A DNA stretch of 64,000 nt from Selaginella moellendorffii (Eukaryota > Plantae > Lycopodiophyta): positions 1,810,362 through 1,874,361 of the forward strand of contig NW_003314278.1 in the NCBI RefSeq assembly GCF_000143415.4, read 5' to 3'. Below the pieces are notes generated by a model. It ran no database searches. It had not been told where the DNA came from and saw only the letters and a program-made list of their open reading frames with translations. Within the stretch, counting starts at the first letter, position 1. The number at the start of each line of letters is the position of its first letter. The translations under genes were made by a program, and so were the position numbers. Shown here in pieces: positions 24,288 to 38,620 of this stretch.

Positions 24288-27200
24288 TTTGACCACATGG
24301 TCAATGTAGGTCAAAGGGAAGCTTAATATTAAGACATGTTAGGGTAAGGAATTCAATTTACCCTAAAGCTCATGTGTGGTGGAGCTTTCGAGGTAGATTG
24401 GGGGTGGTTGGGTGGTGAAAAACTTCAAAAAGAGGCATAACATAGTTTAGGGAGACTATCTTTTTAAGTTGGATAATAACATTAGTATTAGAGGAGTTGG
24501 TTGTGATGGTTGACAAAGGTGAATGCTGAAATCCTATTGTCAATAGTGATGGCAATGATGGTGCCAACGGAGTTATGGAGGTTTGGACCATTCAAAATGT
24601 TATTCATAAGTTGTAAGCTTTTAATCAAAATTAACAAAAGGTGCAAGATGGCATAATGGATATTATGCATAAACGTGTTGTCTTTGATACTAAATGTAGC
24701 ATATGTGGTTTTCACCTTTATCTTATGGTGATTTACCATAAGATGACCACAAAGTGGGACCTAAACCCTTCATATCTAAGGATAGCAGAGCAAAACTCAA
24801 GTTTAGGGCCTTAGACCATTGAATAAAAGAATAAAGCCAAACTCCTAACTACAGAGCCAAGGAGCGAAGGTATTAGAATACAGTGCAACTCTCAATCATA
24901 CAGCCTAAGGAGTGAAGGACCAAGAGCATGGAGTAATTTGGAAAAGTCTTAGAGCATCCAACATCCTAATGCCATGATTAACATAAAAAAATGGAGCCAA
25001 ACAAAGTCTAATGCTATTTTAGCATATTGGTAGCCTAACGCAAGGATATGGGTACTCCACCAATTAATATGGTGTGGAACTTGGGCTTAGATTTAAGCTG
25101 GATGTAAAACAAGATAGGCACACAAGCAAGAGTTGGACTATACCTTAGATTGGTTAGCCATTTCTGACCTACCCACTATCCCAACTATACATTAAAACCC
25201 CTAATATGCCTTCCCCTTGAGGAATGCATGTTTTGGGCTTTCACCTAGTCATCCTTAGTACTAGGAGTTAGTCTATCGGACAAATTTGAAACTTACTAAT
25301 TATGGAATGACATTAGATTGTGAAGTTGGACATGAGACTAACACCATTGTGTATAGTATAATCTCTACATTCCATAGATATGCTAAATTAGCAATTCCAT
25401 AAATAGTAATTGGGACTAAATAGGATTAACATAAAGGGTATGAAGGGTGTAGACACAGTAAATTATCATTTAGCAAATATTCATGGACCAATCTTAATAT
25501 TGTGGGGGTTTTTGTCAAGTCAATGTAGGACAGAACAAATAAGAACTAACAAGCCAAAGACATTTAGGAATTTTTTCCTTATGCTCGTTTGGCCAAGTAT
25601 AGATGCTAAATCAAGTTTACTAACACTTGAACAAGAGGGACTGATAAAGGGTCTAGCAATACTGACCTCCTGCTATAGTGGCAGTAAGGAAAAAATATCT
25701 AAAAGAACTACCCGACAAGTAACTTTCAATACCCACAGTCACATTCATGATAATGTTAAGGCATTCGAAACTAAATGTGATAATGCTCTAAGTAAGACTT
25801 CCTTATTAGATTGATTCAGGATTCCAACCTTTTCCAGTGATGGTGGTGTAGACTAATATCTAGCTTAGCTAGCCAATGTAAAGAAGTTCTTGGCTGTTAG
25901 AGAAACTCCAAATGTAAAAGTTTTAATGGGTATTTTAATGGTTTTGCATGATGCAGGTCTCAGTGGTGGAATTGGCTTGAGGAGTCTCATGTTATGGATA
26001 AGAAACCATCAGCATCTACTATGGATAAGTTTGAGGCTGCTTTCTTCTTACATTTTGGCCCTCACTATGATATAGAGATTGTTTGCACAAAACTTTAACA
26101 TTTCTAGCAAGGGAAAATAATGCTCAGGAACTATATTGAGAAGATTACTCACTTGATTAGTTGTCTTCCAACAAAGAATTCAAATTAAAACAAGACTTAC
26201 TTTATTGATGGTCTTTATAGTGAGAGCATGCAGCAACACTTGCATCATTCTCAACCTACAAAGAGTTTGGAGAAGCTTTTTGATGCGGCAAGTCTCACAA
26301 GTGTTCAAGGAGTCTTTTTATTGAGAATTATCATGATGATCGCCGTGGATACAAGGATGGGAACAAGCATCACAGGTTAAAGTTTGTGGTGGCTACTTCG
26401 GATGCAAAGGGGTCAAAGAAGTAATTCTTTGTGAAAAATTATAGAAAAGGTTGTCATCGTTGTAGCAAGTTTAAACACTATAGGGCTGATTGTCTACAGT
26501 TAAAGAAAAAGCAATAGGGCAAAACGAATGGCCAATCTTTTACTGATAGTAAGTTAGATACTAAAAATTTGTAAATTTTGCAGTGTGAGGATGATGTGGA
26601 CAATAATTTCGATTGAAGGAAAAAGCTTTTGATCGTTGCTTGTCAACTTAATTGTATGTGGAATAAAATGGAGCTCAAAGACACTCGTGCATCAACTTTA
26701 ATGCTGGAGGGTGTGTTCTGTGGCGGTCCAATATGGATTTTATTGGATAGTGGGAGCGATAACAACTTTATTTCGGCAAAGTTTATTGAGGAGCATAGTC
26801 TGGTGATACAAAGAGTTTTTCTATACACAATAGAAGGTGTAATTACCTTTGCTCAGCATTTTGATGCTTGTGTAGAGGGGTTGGAAGTGTTAATTAGCAA
26901 AATCATACATGTGGAGACTTTTTATCTCATGGATATCCATCGTGTGGATCTCATTCTTGGGATGCCATGGTTGGTGAAAGTGGATCTAAAGATTAAATGG
27001 AGTATTAAACATATCTCGCTAGAATATAGTGGCATTTAAGATGTGTGGTTTAGAGAGGGAGTTTAGCCTCCAGTTGTTATGCTCTCTATATCTTTGAAGT
27101 GGGCTTGTTGTAATAGATAAACACTTTTGAGTTGTTATTTATTTGACTTGGGGGACCAAGACATATGTGGGGGAGAGATAGCAGTATGGGTTATACTTGT

Positions 27201-29788
27201 AGAGTTTTTTAATCTTTTTCCATTTGAATTTCCTCATGGATTGCCTCCATTACGAGGTGTAGAGTATGGGATTACATTGGAGCAAAGGACATGGCCAATT
27301 TATTAGCGTCCATTTTAATTGAGTTATGTGGAGGAGCAACAAGTTCAACAACAAATTAAAGAGTTACCCAAGTAAGTTTCCATTTAGTGCTTTGTTCTTG
27401 CTCGTGAAAAAGAAAGATTGTTCAATGTGGATATGTATTAACTATTGTGCCTTGAACAAAAAGATAGTGAAGGATAAGATGTTGATGCCATGTGTGGATG
27501 ATATTTTAGATAAGTTTGGTAAAGCATGAGTGTTTACCAAGATTGTGGATATCATTAGATTGCAATAGATGATATATCTATTTCCAAGACAGTATTCAAC
27601 ACAAGCTTTGGGTATTTTGAGTTTACAATTATGCCATTTGGTTTGACGAATGCCTCAACCATATTTACTTGGTTGATGACAGAGGTATTTGGGCATTATC
27701 TTCATGAGTTTATGGAGATTTTCTTGATATTTTTGTTTTTTACAAGAATATAGAAGAGTATAAGGTGCATTTGCACAAAGTTCTTTTATTAGTATATGAC
27801 AGAAAATTTTATGCAAAGAAGATCAAATATAAGTTCGCAAAGTCAAAGGTGGAATATCTAGGCCATATTTTTAATATCTAAGGGTGTCAAGACAGATCCA
27901 AGGAAGGTGGCTATAGTGGAGACTAGCCTACACTGATTTTAGTGGCTGATTTACATGGTATGACATGATGTTTTTAGCATAAGTTTGCAAAGGTGGTTAT
28001 TCTTTTGATAGAGTTGTTGCACAAGAACTTGCTATTCAAATGGAAGAAGCCACATGAAGATAGTTTTGTGGCATTGAAATGGTTGTTGAGCGAGGCTCTA
28101 GTGCTTTGCATTATTGATCCATCAAAACCAAGGTAACGTGTGATAGAAGTGGTTATATATTGGGAGGAATTCTCATGCAAAAGGGATAATCTATTGCTTA
28201 TGAGAGTCAAACCTTGAATCCAGTAGAGCAACACTATTTTATATATAATAAAGAGTTACTTTCCATTATTCATGCTTTATAGACATGGTAGAACTATAAT
28301 AAATCATAAACCTTTTATGTGTCTTTTCACATAGAAGGAGTTGAACATTAAGCAAGCTCATTAAGTGGTTAAACTCATAGAGTTTGGGGAGTTTTTTTTT
28401 TAGCATCATTTGGGAAAATCGAATGTGGTGGTAGATGCTTTATTTCATGTTTGTCATGTGACGGCATTACAAGTATGGTTTTGTCATCATTTAAGTAATA
28501 TCGTTAGTGAGTTTAGGCAGTTAGTTGAGCGTGCTTAGGCTCAAAATGCTAAGTCTCTTTGCAGGCTTAGATGGAAGCCCTTTCTCATTGGTGGATGGGA
28601 TTCTTTATTACAATGGCTATATATATTTACCACGGATGGATGCATTAATTACTCAAGTTTTATTTTACTATCATAATCGTTTAAAAGTTTGTTATTTTGG
28701 GGGGAAGAAGATGTATGAGTTAATTAAGTGTAATTTTTATTAAAGGAATATGAAAGTTAATAGCCTCAAATTTTGTAAATCATTCTAGCTTTGTTAGCAA
28801 GTAAAGGTGCTATAAAAGAAGCCAAGAGGGCTTTTGCAACCTTTACTTATTCCTTAGAGCCATTGGTGTAGTATTTTTATGGACTTCATCATTTGTTTTC
28901 TATGAACATAAATGTAAAAGGAGCAAATATAGGTTATGGTGGATAGTTTGACAAAGTATGTGTAGTTGTTGACTCTTCAAAAGACTGTTACTATCTCAAA
29001 CTTGGCTACAGTCTATTTAAAGAAGGTTTCTTCCTAATTTTAGTTTGCTGAGGATATCATTAGTGATCAAGATTCAAAGTTCATTAGTGGATTTTGGAAA
29101 GCTTTGCAAAGGCTATACAAGTGATTTTAAAACTCTCAAGTGGAAATCATCCTCAAATAGATGGGCAAACAAAATGTGTGAATTAGGTGGTAAAAGATAT
29201 GTTATATTGTAGCATTGGTCAAAGGCAAAGATAGTGGATCTATGATCTCATCATTATGCGAGTGATCTTTTTGTCAAGTGAGCCTTGGTGCCTTTACAGA
29301 ATGGGAAGAGTGACAAACACTCTCATCAATATGTTGGTCTATATGAAGTGCTAGAGCATATTGGTAAGGCGGTTTATTAATTGCACTACTAGTTGGGGTG
29401 AAAATTCATTTGGTATTTTATATCAATCAGTTGAAAAGTATACTATCTTGGAGTGAAGGGCCCAATGCTTTCTCGACGTATATAGCTATAGAAGATGGAC
29501 CAAGAGTTTGAGCAAGGTTTCCCAAAAAGGGTGATCACCAATATAACTATTCCTTGGGACAAAGACTTTGTTGGTGGGAAAGAATTATTAGATGTTAGTT
29601 TTGACCACGTGGTCAACATGGGTCAAAGAGAAGTTCGAGGGTATATTAAGGTATGTTAGGGTAAGGAACTTAATCTACCTTAGGGCTCATAGTGGAGTGA
29701 CAGTGTGGTGGAGCTTTTGAGGTAGCTCGGGGGTGGTTAAATGGTGAGGAACATTAAAAAGAAGTATAACATAGTCTAGGGAGACTAG
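24288..29788 (+). mobile_element. Decayed Ty3/Gypsy element (family E) bounded by ~175-190 bp direct repeats
   Basis: Direct repeats at 24288-24461 and 29599-29788. Contains a CCHC knuckle (CHRCSKFKHYRADC ~26450), protease LLDSGSDNNFI, RT (MPFGLTNA) and RNase H/integrase relics in Gypsy order. Confidence 0.8.
24681..25752 (-). mobile_element. Old family-C LTR with PBS remnant
   Basis: Colinear with 56023-57176 and with the reverse complement of 29885-31028. Confidence 0.85.
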
Positions 29789-32700
29789 ATCTTTATTTTT
29801 GTGCTAAATTATAATAGGTGGGGAGTTAAGGTACCCATATTAGGCTATAATGCTATGGTGTTTATCCCTGGATCCCAAAGTAAGTGTCGCGAATGTGACT
29901 TCGGGTATCAAAAGTTACCTGTCGGTCAATCTTTATGGACACTCTTACCTTACTGCCACAATGGCAGGAGGTCGGTATTACTGGTTCCCTTTATTAGCCT
30001 CTCTTGTTCAAGTGTTAGTAAATTAGACTTTGCATTTGTACTTGGCCGGATGAGCATAAAGAAGGAATTCCTAAGTGTCTATTTAGCTGAGCATATTTAG
30101 CCTAGCTTGTTAGTTCTCTTTTGCTCTGTCTTGCACTGGCTTGACAAAAACCCTCGTGTATTGAGATTAGTCCCTCAATATTGCTACATGATAACTTACC
30201 GTGTTTACCAAACACCCTCGCTATCATGCCCTTTGTGTTAGTCTCATTTCGGTCCCAAATGCTATTTATGGAAAGTTTCTAGATTTGCTCATTTGGCATA
30301 TCTACGGAATGTAGAGATTGTCCTAAACACAATGGTGTTTGTCCCGTATCCAAATTTGCAACCTAGTGCCATTCCATATTTAGTAAGTTTCGAGTTTGTC
30401 CCAAAGACTAACTCCTGATACTAAGGGAGGCTTGGGGTGAAAGCCCAAAGCGTGTGTTCCTCAAGAGGGGGGCTATGGGGGGTTCCAAATGTATAGTAGG
30501 GATAGTGGGTAGGTCGGGCATGGCTAACCAACTTGAGGCATAGTCTAGCTCCCACTTGCGTGCCTGTCCTTGTTCTGCGTCTGGCTTGGGTCTAAGCCCA
30601 AGCTCCACACTATGCTAGCTGGTGGAGTACCTATATCTTCGCGTTAGGCCACTGGTATGCTGAAATAGCACCAAACTCCATTTAGCTCCATTTTGCGTGC
30701 TAATCCTGGCATTGGGATGCTGGTTACTCTAGGACTATTCCAAGTTGCTCTGGGCTCCTGTCCCTTTGCTCCTTGGGCTGTAGGCTCGAGAGTTGCTCCG
30801 TGGTTCAGTTCCGTCACTCCTTGGCTCCATGCTTGGGAGTTTGGCACCGTTCCTTCGTTTAGTGGCCCAAGGCCCTAAACCTCAGGTTCTGCACCACGTT
30901 CCTTTGGACACGTGGCATGTGACATGTGGCATCCGTCATGTGGCACAAAGAGGGTTTAGGTTCCGCTTCGTGGTGTTATCCTATGGTAAATCACCATAGG
31001 ATAAAGGGTCAAAACCATATGCGTTACATTTGGTATTAGAGAATGAGTTTCGGCGAGTACTATCCAATGAGATTGGGCAACTAGTCTTGTTGCATACGCA
31101 GAGATGAAAATGATGATCCGAGTGGGTTCACGTTTGGGTGCAAAGACTTCACATTGGTTACTTGGGTATGGATTTTATTACCGTTTTGTACCATATTCTG
31201 TGAGCTTGCTCTTGGGCTTATAAGATGACTGAGATGCTCTGTTAGCACGAGTTTGCACTTGGGCTCATGAATGAGGCACATTAGCAACTTGAGGTTATAC
31301 TTTGAGTTGGCAGGATTAATGTTAGCCTATCGGTGGTTCCATGAGTTGTTTCATGTACCATGGTTGAAAGTAAACCTTTCCTTGGGTTTGCTATGAGTGG
31401 CAAACAGGCTGGTCCATAACTGTTTAGCACGGCACTAGTAGATCCTTCCTAGGCATGATTACAAGTGGATTAATCAAGACTGTAGAGATGAGTCTATTGA
31501 TTCAAGTAATCATTACCGTGCTCTCTCATAAACTTTTCTTGGATTGGATTAAAGGTAGTGCGAATGCAAGCTTGAGGTTTAGTCAAAGTAGAGACCAAAA
31601 AGAGAGTTATCAGGGACGAAGGATCAAATATGTAAATCATTTTCTCTTCTTGAAGAAATGATTTACAACGAAGTGTTAACTCTTTACTCATGTTCACATT
31701 ATGCAATCAAGAGTCCCTACCTTGATGCATGTTGGAAGTGAGGTCTTACAAATAGTGAGTTATGGGATGGATAGTGGTGAAACGCTAAACTATTTTGTGT
31801 AGGCTCACTATTAAAGACTTGGGTTGCAATGCTCAATTCTTTTCCGAGGAACCTTACTATTGCTCTTTGAGTAGCTTGTTGTTGGATTAGTGTTGAGTTT
31901 GGTCAGATAGAGAGTGGCATGAGCTTGTCCGTGTTGTGAACAAAAATTAGTGGTGTTAAGTGTTGTAAGTCTCTATTGGTGGAGTGTGGCATTTATGTTG
32001 CATTTTGTCGAGTCGAGTTGACACTTGATACTCACATAAACCTTTGTAGTAGTGCAATGTGCATTGCTTATGGTGTTGCTCAATTGATGATCAAGTCATT
32101 GTGATACTTATATCATATCCATGTGATAATGAGCAATGTATTTATGAAGTGCTTGGTTAAACGATGATCAACCCCAAAGTGGTTGATAGTGAAGTTAGTT
32201 TACTTACACATAGTAGCATTGTAGTAGCTTTGACTGGATTCTCAGTGGTGGTCCATTATGCTAAGCTTAAGTTGGTTCCTTGTTCCTTGAGAGTTTGCCT
32301 ATAAGGTGTTGAAAAGGGTTGTAACATTCATTTGCTATAGCTCGTCGGTTGATTCGTTAGCACTTGGAGTAGATTGTTGGATGGAAAAGATGTGTAGTTG
32401 GGGCATTGACATTACTAGCACTTGTGTTAGTGGAAGTGGCATTGTTATTTCAAGTGATGAGGAATTTTCCTTGGATCTTGATTTTCCATGTCATTTTTCT
32501 TGTTAGTGTTTTGGCTTTACATTGGATCTTGAAGGTGATTGAAGAAGAGTGTTAGTGCAATATGGATATCTGAAGATGTAGTCTTCGTGATCAAGCCTTG
32601 GATGTTCATTTTGCACTTTGCGGATGTCGGTGTTAGATATCGGTTATATGGGCAAAGATGTTTGATGCTTAAACATACTATTGGGTCATGAGAATTTGTG

Positions 32701-35700
32701 TTGAGGTGAACTTATGTGAAGTAGTAGGTAGGAGGAAGTTGATTGAGTTTTGAAAGTTTGTATTCCTAAATTGAGAGTCATTCTTTCTCTAGGATGGAAA
32801 ATTTTTCACAAATTTTCTTAGACTTTTCCAATGGCTGATCTATTGATCATTTTGTCCAAAAACCATTCCATTTTCATAAGCCAGTACAAACTAGTGAAAG
32901 GGTTGGAGTTGACCTCGGTTGGCTTAGATCTTAGTAGGTAGTTTGTATGATGCAACCCGAAAGGGATGCTAACTATTGGGGTTAAAACAATTAAGTTGGA
33001 TAAAGTATGAAGTTGGTATAAAAAAGTGGCTGTTGCACTTTTCTAAGAAGGGTGACCCTTGTACCTTTCTTTTGTAGCATTGTGCTCGGTGGCAAGTTGC
33101 ACCTTGCATTTTGTGAAGACTTTATGAAAGTAGTGAGCTCTCACTGATCTTGACTTGGTCTTGGTGGCTTTGTGCCTTGGCTGAGGATGGTGATGTCCAA
33201 CTTAGTTGTTCAAGGTTGAGATGTTGGTACCTGTACTATAGCTTTGTCTAAGAGGAGGTTGTGTACCGATATGAGTCCATCTTATGGTCTTCACTTTAGT
33301 TTCGACTAAGTGTTGATTGTATAGCTAGCCTCTTCAAGACATGTTCAGAGCTAGTGGCTAAATGTTTTAGTGAGCTTATTGCGGTTGAGTTGGATTCAAG
33401 TGGTCATTGAGTTTGTGCTTGTCTATGAACTTTTATCTCGTACCTAGGGTATCACGTTCATGTTGGACAAATATATAACTTGATGACAAGAGTTGGTGTT
33501 TGGGTCTTGTGAAGGCAAGTTAAGGAGTGATTGTTAGTTGCTTTGCGACTAGTGATTCCTTATAGACTTCGTCAAGGACTATTGACACTTGTTTTGCTCA
33601 ATGATGATTTAGCAATGATGGGCTTGCTTTACCGGATGGTGTTGCGGAGGATTGTGTTGTTAGACTTACATGAGTTTTTTTCATGTTGGCATGTCGACTC
33701 TACCTCTTTCAATATCATTTGGTTACATTTAGTTTGTAGTGGTGGATTTCATTGAGTTGTGGATGTGGTGAATCACTCCTTAATGATGTGTTATCTGAAA
33801 CTGAGTATTGTTGAAGGATTAGTCTTGGATATTGACTAAAGTATTTTCGACTTTGGTTAGCTTGGTTGCTGGAGCGCTTTGGGTGGTGATTCACTCTTGC
33901 TTTCTTCTGGCTTTGTTCTGATGTTGATGGCATTGAAGTGATGCTCTATCATTGATATTATTGGTATTGGGATTCAAGTGAAATGAGATGTCTCTCTGTT
34001 GAATTGATATTAAGTTTCATTAGTCTCGATGCAAATAGCGTTGATGATTTGGTTATAACTTTATATTATTCGCATTTGTGTATTTGTTAGTTAGCAATTA
34101 TATTGACGTTCAAATGAACTGAGTGGCAAGTTGAGTAAGTTGTGTTCTAGACGAGATTGTTTAGTAGAGCTTATCCTTGAAAAGTGATTTAATTGTGAAC
34201 TATGCTAACTTTACGAGAGGAAGAATTAGTGCTCAATATTAAACTATTTGAGTCTTTATTGGATTTGAGTTCGGGATATATCAATCATAGCTCCGTTATG
34301 CTTAGGTTTTGGATCGATGCAAAAATGCTCTTCATTAGCTTTGGCATTATGAAGTTTGGCTTATAGATGTGTTGAGGAAGACATTGTGGGTTGCACCATG
34401 ATTTCTTCTTTAGTATTGAAGTTAGTTCATGCGAGACTTGTGATCATTGTTAGGCAAGACTTAGCTATAAGCTTTTTCAAGCTTTTGGTTCCTTGAGTTT
34501 TGTGCTCATTATTCCATTTGTTAGAAGTTGTTGGGGAAGGCATTTTGGCTCCTAGTTTCAATGTTGAAGTTAGTATTTGCATCTAACAATCATTGGTGAT
34601 GATTGACTATCATCTGGGATAATTAATTATCCTTGTCAAAGGTTTTGTTTGATTATTGTTGATATAGAATGATTTGTCATTCTTCGGGATGGTGGATTCT
34701 TTCTTCAACGATGATTATGCATCACTGCATTGGGATGAATGATGATCTTTCATGATAGTTAGTTTTTCTCTTTGATGGCTTTTGGCTTTTCGCAATATCA
34801 CATGTTCTTTGTGGTTTGCTCTGGATTGGTCTCATGGGTTTGAGACATCAGTGAGATGTTGCTGACACTTGCTTTAAGCAACTCTGGTTCCTTGGTATTG
34901 TTGACCGGGATCTATTCAAATTAGTTAGTGCAATGGTTGATATGAACAAGCGTTTGTTTGCTTTGCAACATTCATTTTGTTCTATTGATTATTGCTCGAG
35001 TTAGTTCTCATAGATTATGATGTTATTTCCTTCGGGTGATACATTCGCAAGCATTGTGCTTGTTAGTCAATGATACTTTGTATTCTTTGAGTTGTGTTTT
35101 GTGAGTTATTTGGCATCTGCCATTTTTGGTAGTTAAGTTTCATTATTGAGTTTCCTTGATGATCTATTTGCTATTGAATTTTGTTGGATGGTGATTCTTA
35201 TGTGTACCAATTATGATGATCTTGGTGGTTCTTATACTCAAATACTGGTTTATTGGATGATAACTTACTTGGAATACTTTTGTGTTCTAATCTAAGATAT
35301 ATTCACTGATACTTACGTCTCTAAGATATCATTGTCTATGACTTTGATATTGTACAATATATTAATCTTTGAGTTTGGGCCAGTATAGGCAGATTGGCTT
35401 CGGCACTTCGTGTGCATAGTGAAATCTCTAGTCGGGTAGTTACTGTCAATTGGTCACATAACCCGCCTCTCTATCGATGTTCCTTATTCCGTTGAAAGGG
35501 CGTGACCATGTAAACAACTCTAACTGCCTGTTTACAGTAGTTTATCTAAACCTTACCGACAGGTTTGGTTTCTTTGCTCAGGAGGGTTGGGGCCTTTAGC
35601 TTCTCTCTCTATGTCCCTATGGACAAGGGCGTATCACACTTTTGTAGCTGGGTGACACCCAGAGCAGCAAGGGTGGCTGACTCTGTTAGTCATTTCCTTG

Positions 35701-35767
35701 TCGGTGACGGCCGGAAGGTGTTTGAGTTGGTAGCGCATCCGCGTTAGACAAAGAGGTTACCTCCTAA

Positions 35768-37445
35768 TGTAAGCGACTAAATTTTCCATTCTACTTTAGT
35801 CACTTAACCACACCTCTAACCACTTGGAGGAGTCTCATTCACAACCTCCTTAAGTCCAATTCAAGACTTGGGACTTGCTAGTCCCGAGAATGGCATCCAT
35901 GCCACTCAACCCTTGCACTTGGTCCAACTGCTCCACGTGTCCAGTCCCAAGAGCGACACCCAAAGGTACCACAGACATAGCAGCCTGTTACGCTAAGGCC
36001 ATGCCTGTTCACCTTTGCCGCACTGGTGGCCCAATACCACTTGCATCACAATCCCGTCTCTCCAAAACTAGGCCGTCTGTCCATGAGTGGTCATCCCAGA
36101 TCCACTCTTTAGCATCCTTAGGGTGCCCACAGACATGGGGAATAACCTTCCCCAAAACCCCTTTGTCAGTTCCTGCCAAGTCTCTTTTTCATCCATAGCC
36201 ATGTTCACCAACACTGCCACTAGATCAAGGCCCGCAGGCCCGGCCACTAAGTCCCATTGTCCTCTGGGACTTCCTCACCATGTGACCGTATCTGTAATCA
36301 CTACACTAGAGGATTGCTCCTCCTCCTTTCCCCCACTTGGGACTTCGAGACAACATTTCGGAACACTGTGGCCCTACGTGAGCCCCATGGGTACTCTCCC
36401 TACCTTCCACCTTTAGGTGCTCTAGCCATGGGCTTAGAGCAAGGTTCCGTTGAGCTACACCAGGTATCTAAGTAGGTAGTGCCACCCACACTTGGACTGG
36501 GAGCATCAGTCAGTCAATCTCCCGGGGGAACTAGAGCCGGCTCTTGAACACTTCACCAAGCTACCCCGCTTGTCGGTCTATATTCACTCTAGTCTTGGAC
36601 TTCCCAGTGGTCAGTTCATCACCCAACACTGGGTCTGGCCTTCTTGGGCCAAATTAGCCTTTCCTGGCCAAACTGGCTCCATTGTAGTCCTCCCTCTACT
36701 ATACTTTTAGAGCTCACCAAACCCCCCAGGGTTTGGGAGACGAACGTTCATCACCCTCTCAGACTCGAACTCGGACTTGGACTTGGGCTCGGGCTCGGGC
36801 TCGAACTCGGACTCGGACTCGAGCTCGGGCTCGAACTCGGGCTCAGTCTCGGCCTCGGCCTTAGTCCCGGTCTCAATCCCGGTCTCGGTCTTGGTCTCGG
36901 TCTCGGTCCCGGTCTCAGTCTCAGTTTTGGTCTCGGTCTTGACCTCAAACTCCATCTCGGGTCCTTCTCGGACTCCATCTCGGATTCCATCTCAGGTCCA
37001 TCTCGGACTCAATCTCGGACTCCGTCTTGGTCCATCTCGGACTCCGTCTTGGTCCATCTCGGACTCCATCTCGAGTCCATCTCGGACTCCATCTCGGGTC
37101 CATCTCGGACTCCATCTCGGGTCCATCTTGGACTCCATCTCGGGTCTTTCTCAGACTCCATCTTGGACCCCAACTCGGGTCCATCTCAGACTCCATCTTG
37201 GGTCCATCTCGGACACTTCCACATGTCATGTGTTGGTCCTTTTGGGTCCCTTTTTGGAGCTTTGCTTATTCCTCGCTTCATGCTCGTTCTTTGAGCACTC
37301 CATTGGGAGTTCCACTCTTGCTCTCGACCTTTCAAGTCGGAGCCTTTTAGTCCAAACGTGTTACGCTGGTTTGGCTTTTGCTTTGGCCACTACCACGTGG
37401 CACCCTTTCGGCTCTACTTTGGGGCTTAGGGATTTGTGTCTCACA
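35768..37445 (-). mobile_element. Solo LTR, family B
   Basis: TG...CA ends, perfect TSD CCTAA, no PBS or PPT. Orientation taken from the PBS-bearing copy at 42080. Confidence 0.93.
36760..37212. repeat. Hexamer/dodecamer tandem array (CTCGGA, CTCGGT, CTCCATCTCGGA) inside a family B LTR
   Basis: Directly visible. Homologous arrays lie at 43092-43410 and 45062-45700. Confidence 0.95.
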
Positions 37446-38620
37446 CCTAACTCATTTAAGTTGGTGCATTTCTCACATAGTGTGAATACCGTGAACTTTT
37501 TCTAGAGTTGTTTCCGTGGCGGTATTCTAGACTCGAGTGTGTATCGACGAGGACGTTGATCTTGCAGGAGGTTAGTATTGCTAGTTCCCTTTATTAGCCC
37601 CTCTTGTTCAAGTGTTAGTAAACTGGACTTTGCATCTGTACTTGGCCAGATGAGCATAAGGAAGGAATTCTTAAGTGTCTATTTAGCTGAGCATACTTGG
37701 CCCGGCTTGTTAGTTCTCTTTTTCTCTATCTTGCATTAGCTTGACAAGAACTCTTGTGTATTGAGATTAGTCCCTCAATATGGCTACATGATAGCTTACC
37801 GTGTTTGCCAAACACCCTCGCTATCATGCCTTTTGTGTTAGTCTCATTTCGGTCCCAAATGCTATTTATGGAAAGTGTCTAGATTTTCTCATTTGGCATA
37901 TCTACAGAATGTAGAGATTGTCCTAAACACAATGGTGTTCGTCTTGTTTCCAAATTCGCAACCTAGCGCCATTCCATATTTAGTAAGTTTCGAACTTGTC
38001 CCAGAGACTAACTCCTGATACTAAGGGAGGCTTGGGGTGAAAGCCCAAAGCGTGTGTTCCTCAAGGGGGGGGGGTTCCAAATGTATAGTAGGGATAGTGG
38101 GTAGGTCGGGCATAACCGACCAACCTGAGGCATAGTTTAGCTCCCACTTGCGTGCCTGTCTTTGTTCTGCGTCTGGCTTGGGTCTAAGCCCAAGCTCTAC
38201 ACCATGCTAGTTGGTGGAGTACCCATATCCTTGCATTAGGCCATCAGTATGCTGAAATAGCGCCAAACTCTGTTTGGCTCCGTTTTACGTGCTAGTCCTA
38301 GCATTGGGATGCTGGTTACTCTAGGACTGTTCCAAGTCACTCTAGGCTCCTGTCCCTTTGCTCCTTGTGCTGTATGCTCGAGAGTTGCTCCGTGGTTTGG
38401 TTCCATCACTCCTTGGCTCCATGCTTGGGAGTTTGGCACCGTTCCTTCGTTTAGTGGCCCAAGGCCTTGAACCTCGGGTTCCACACCATGTTCCTTTGGA
38501 CACGTGGTATGTGACACGTGGCATCCATCACGTGGCACAAAGAGGGTTTAGGTTCCACTTCATGGTGTTATCCTATGGTAAATCACCATAGGACAAAAGG
38601 TCAAAACCACGTGCGCTACA

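Larger units (their letters stand above)
29885..38620 (+). mobile_element. LTR retroelement family C with a highly decayed Copia-like interior
   Basis: 5' LTR 29885-31028, degenerate tRNA-iMet PBS at ~31031, 3' LTR homology 37564-38620 and TSD GTAAG/TTAAG. The interior has only faint gag, protease (WILD), integrase and RNase H relics in Copia order. Confidence 0.8.

Noticed and set aside
31494-31706. Antisense 70-aa ORF also open at 55346-55558
   Set aside because: Explained by overall nucleotide similarity between two copies of the same element; no independent sign of selection.
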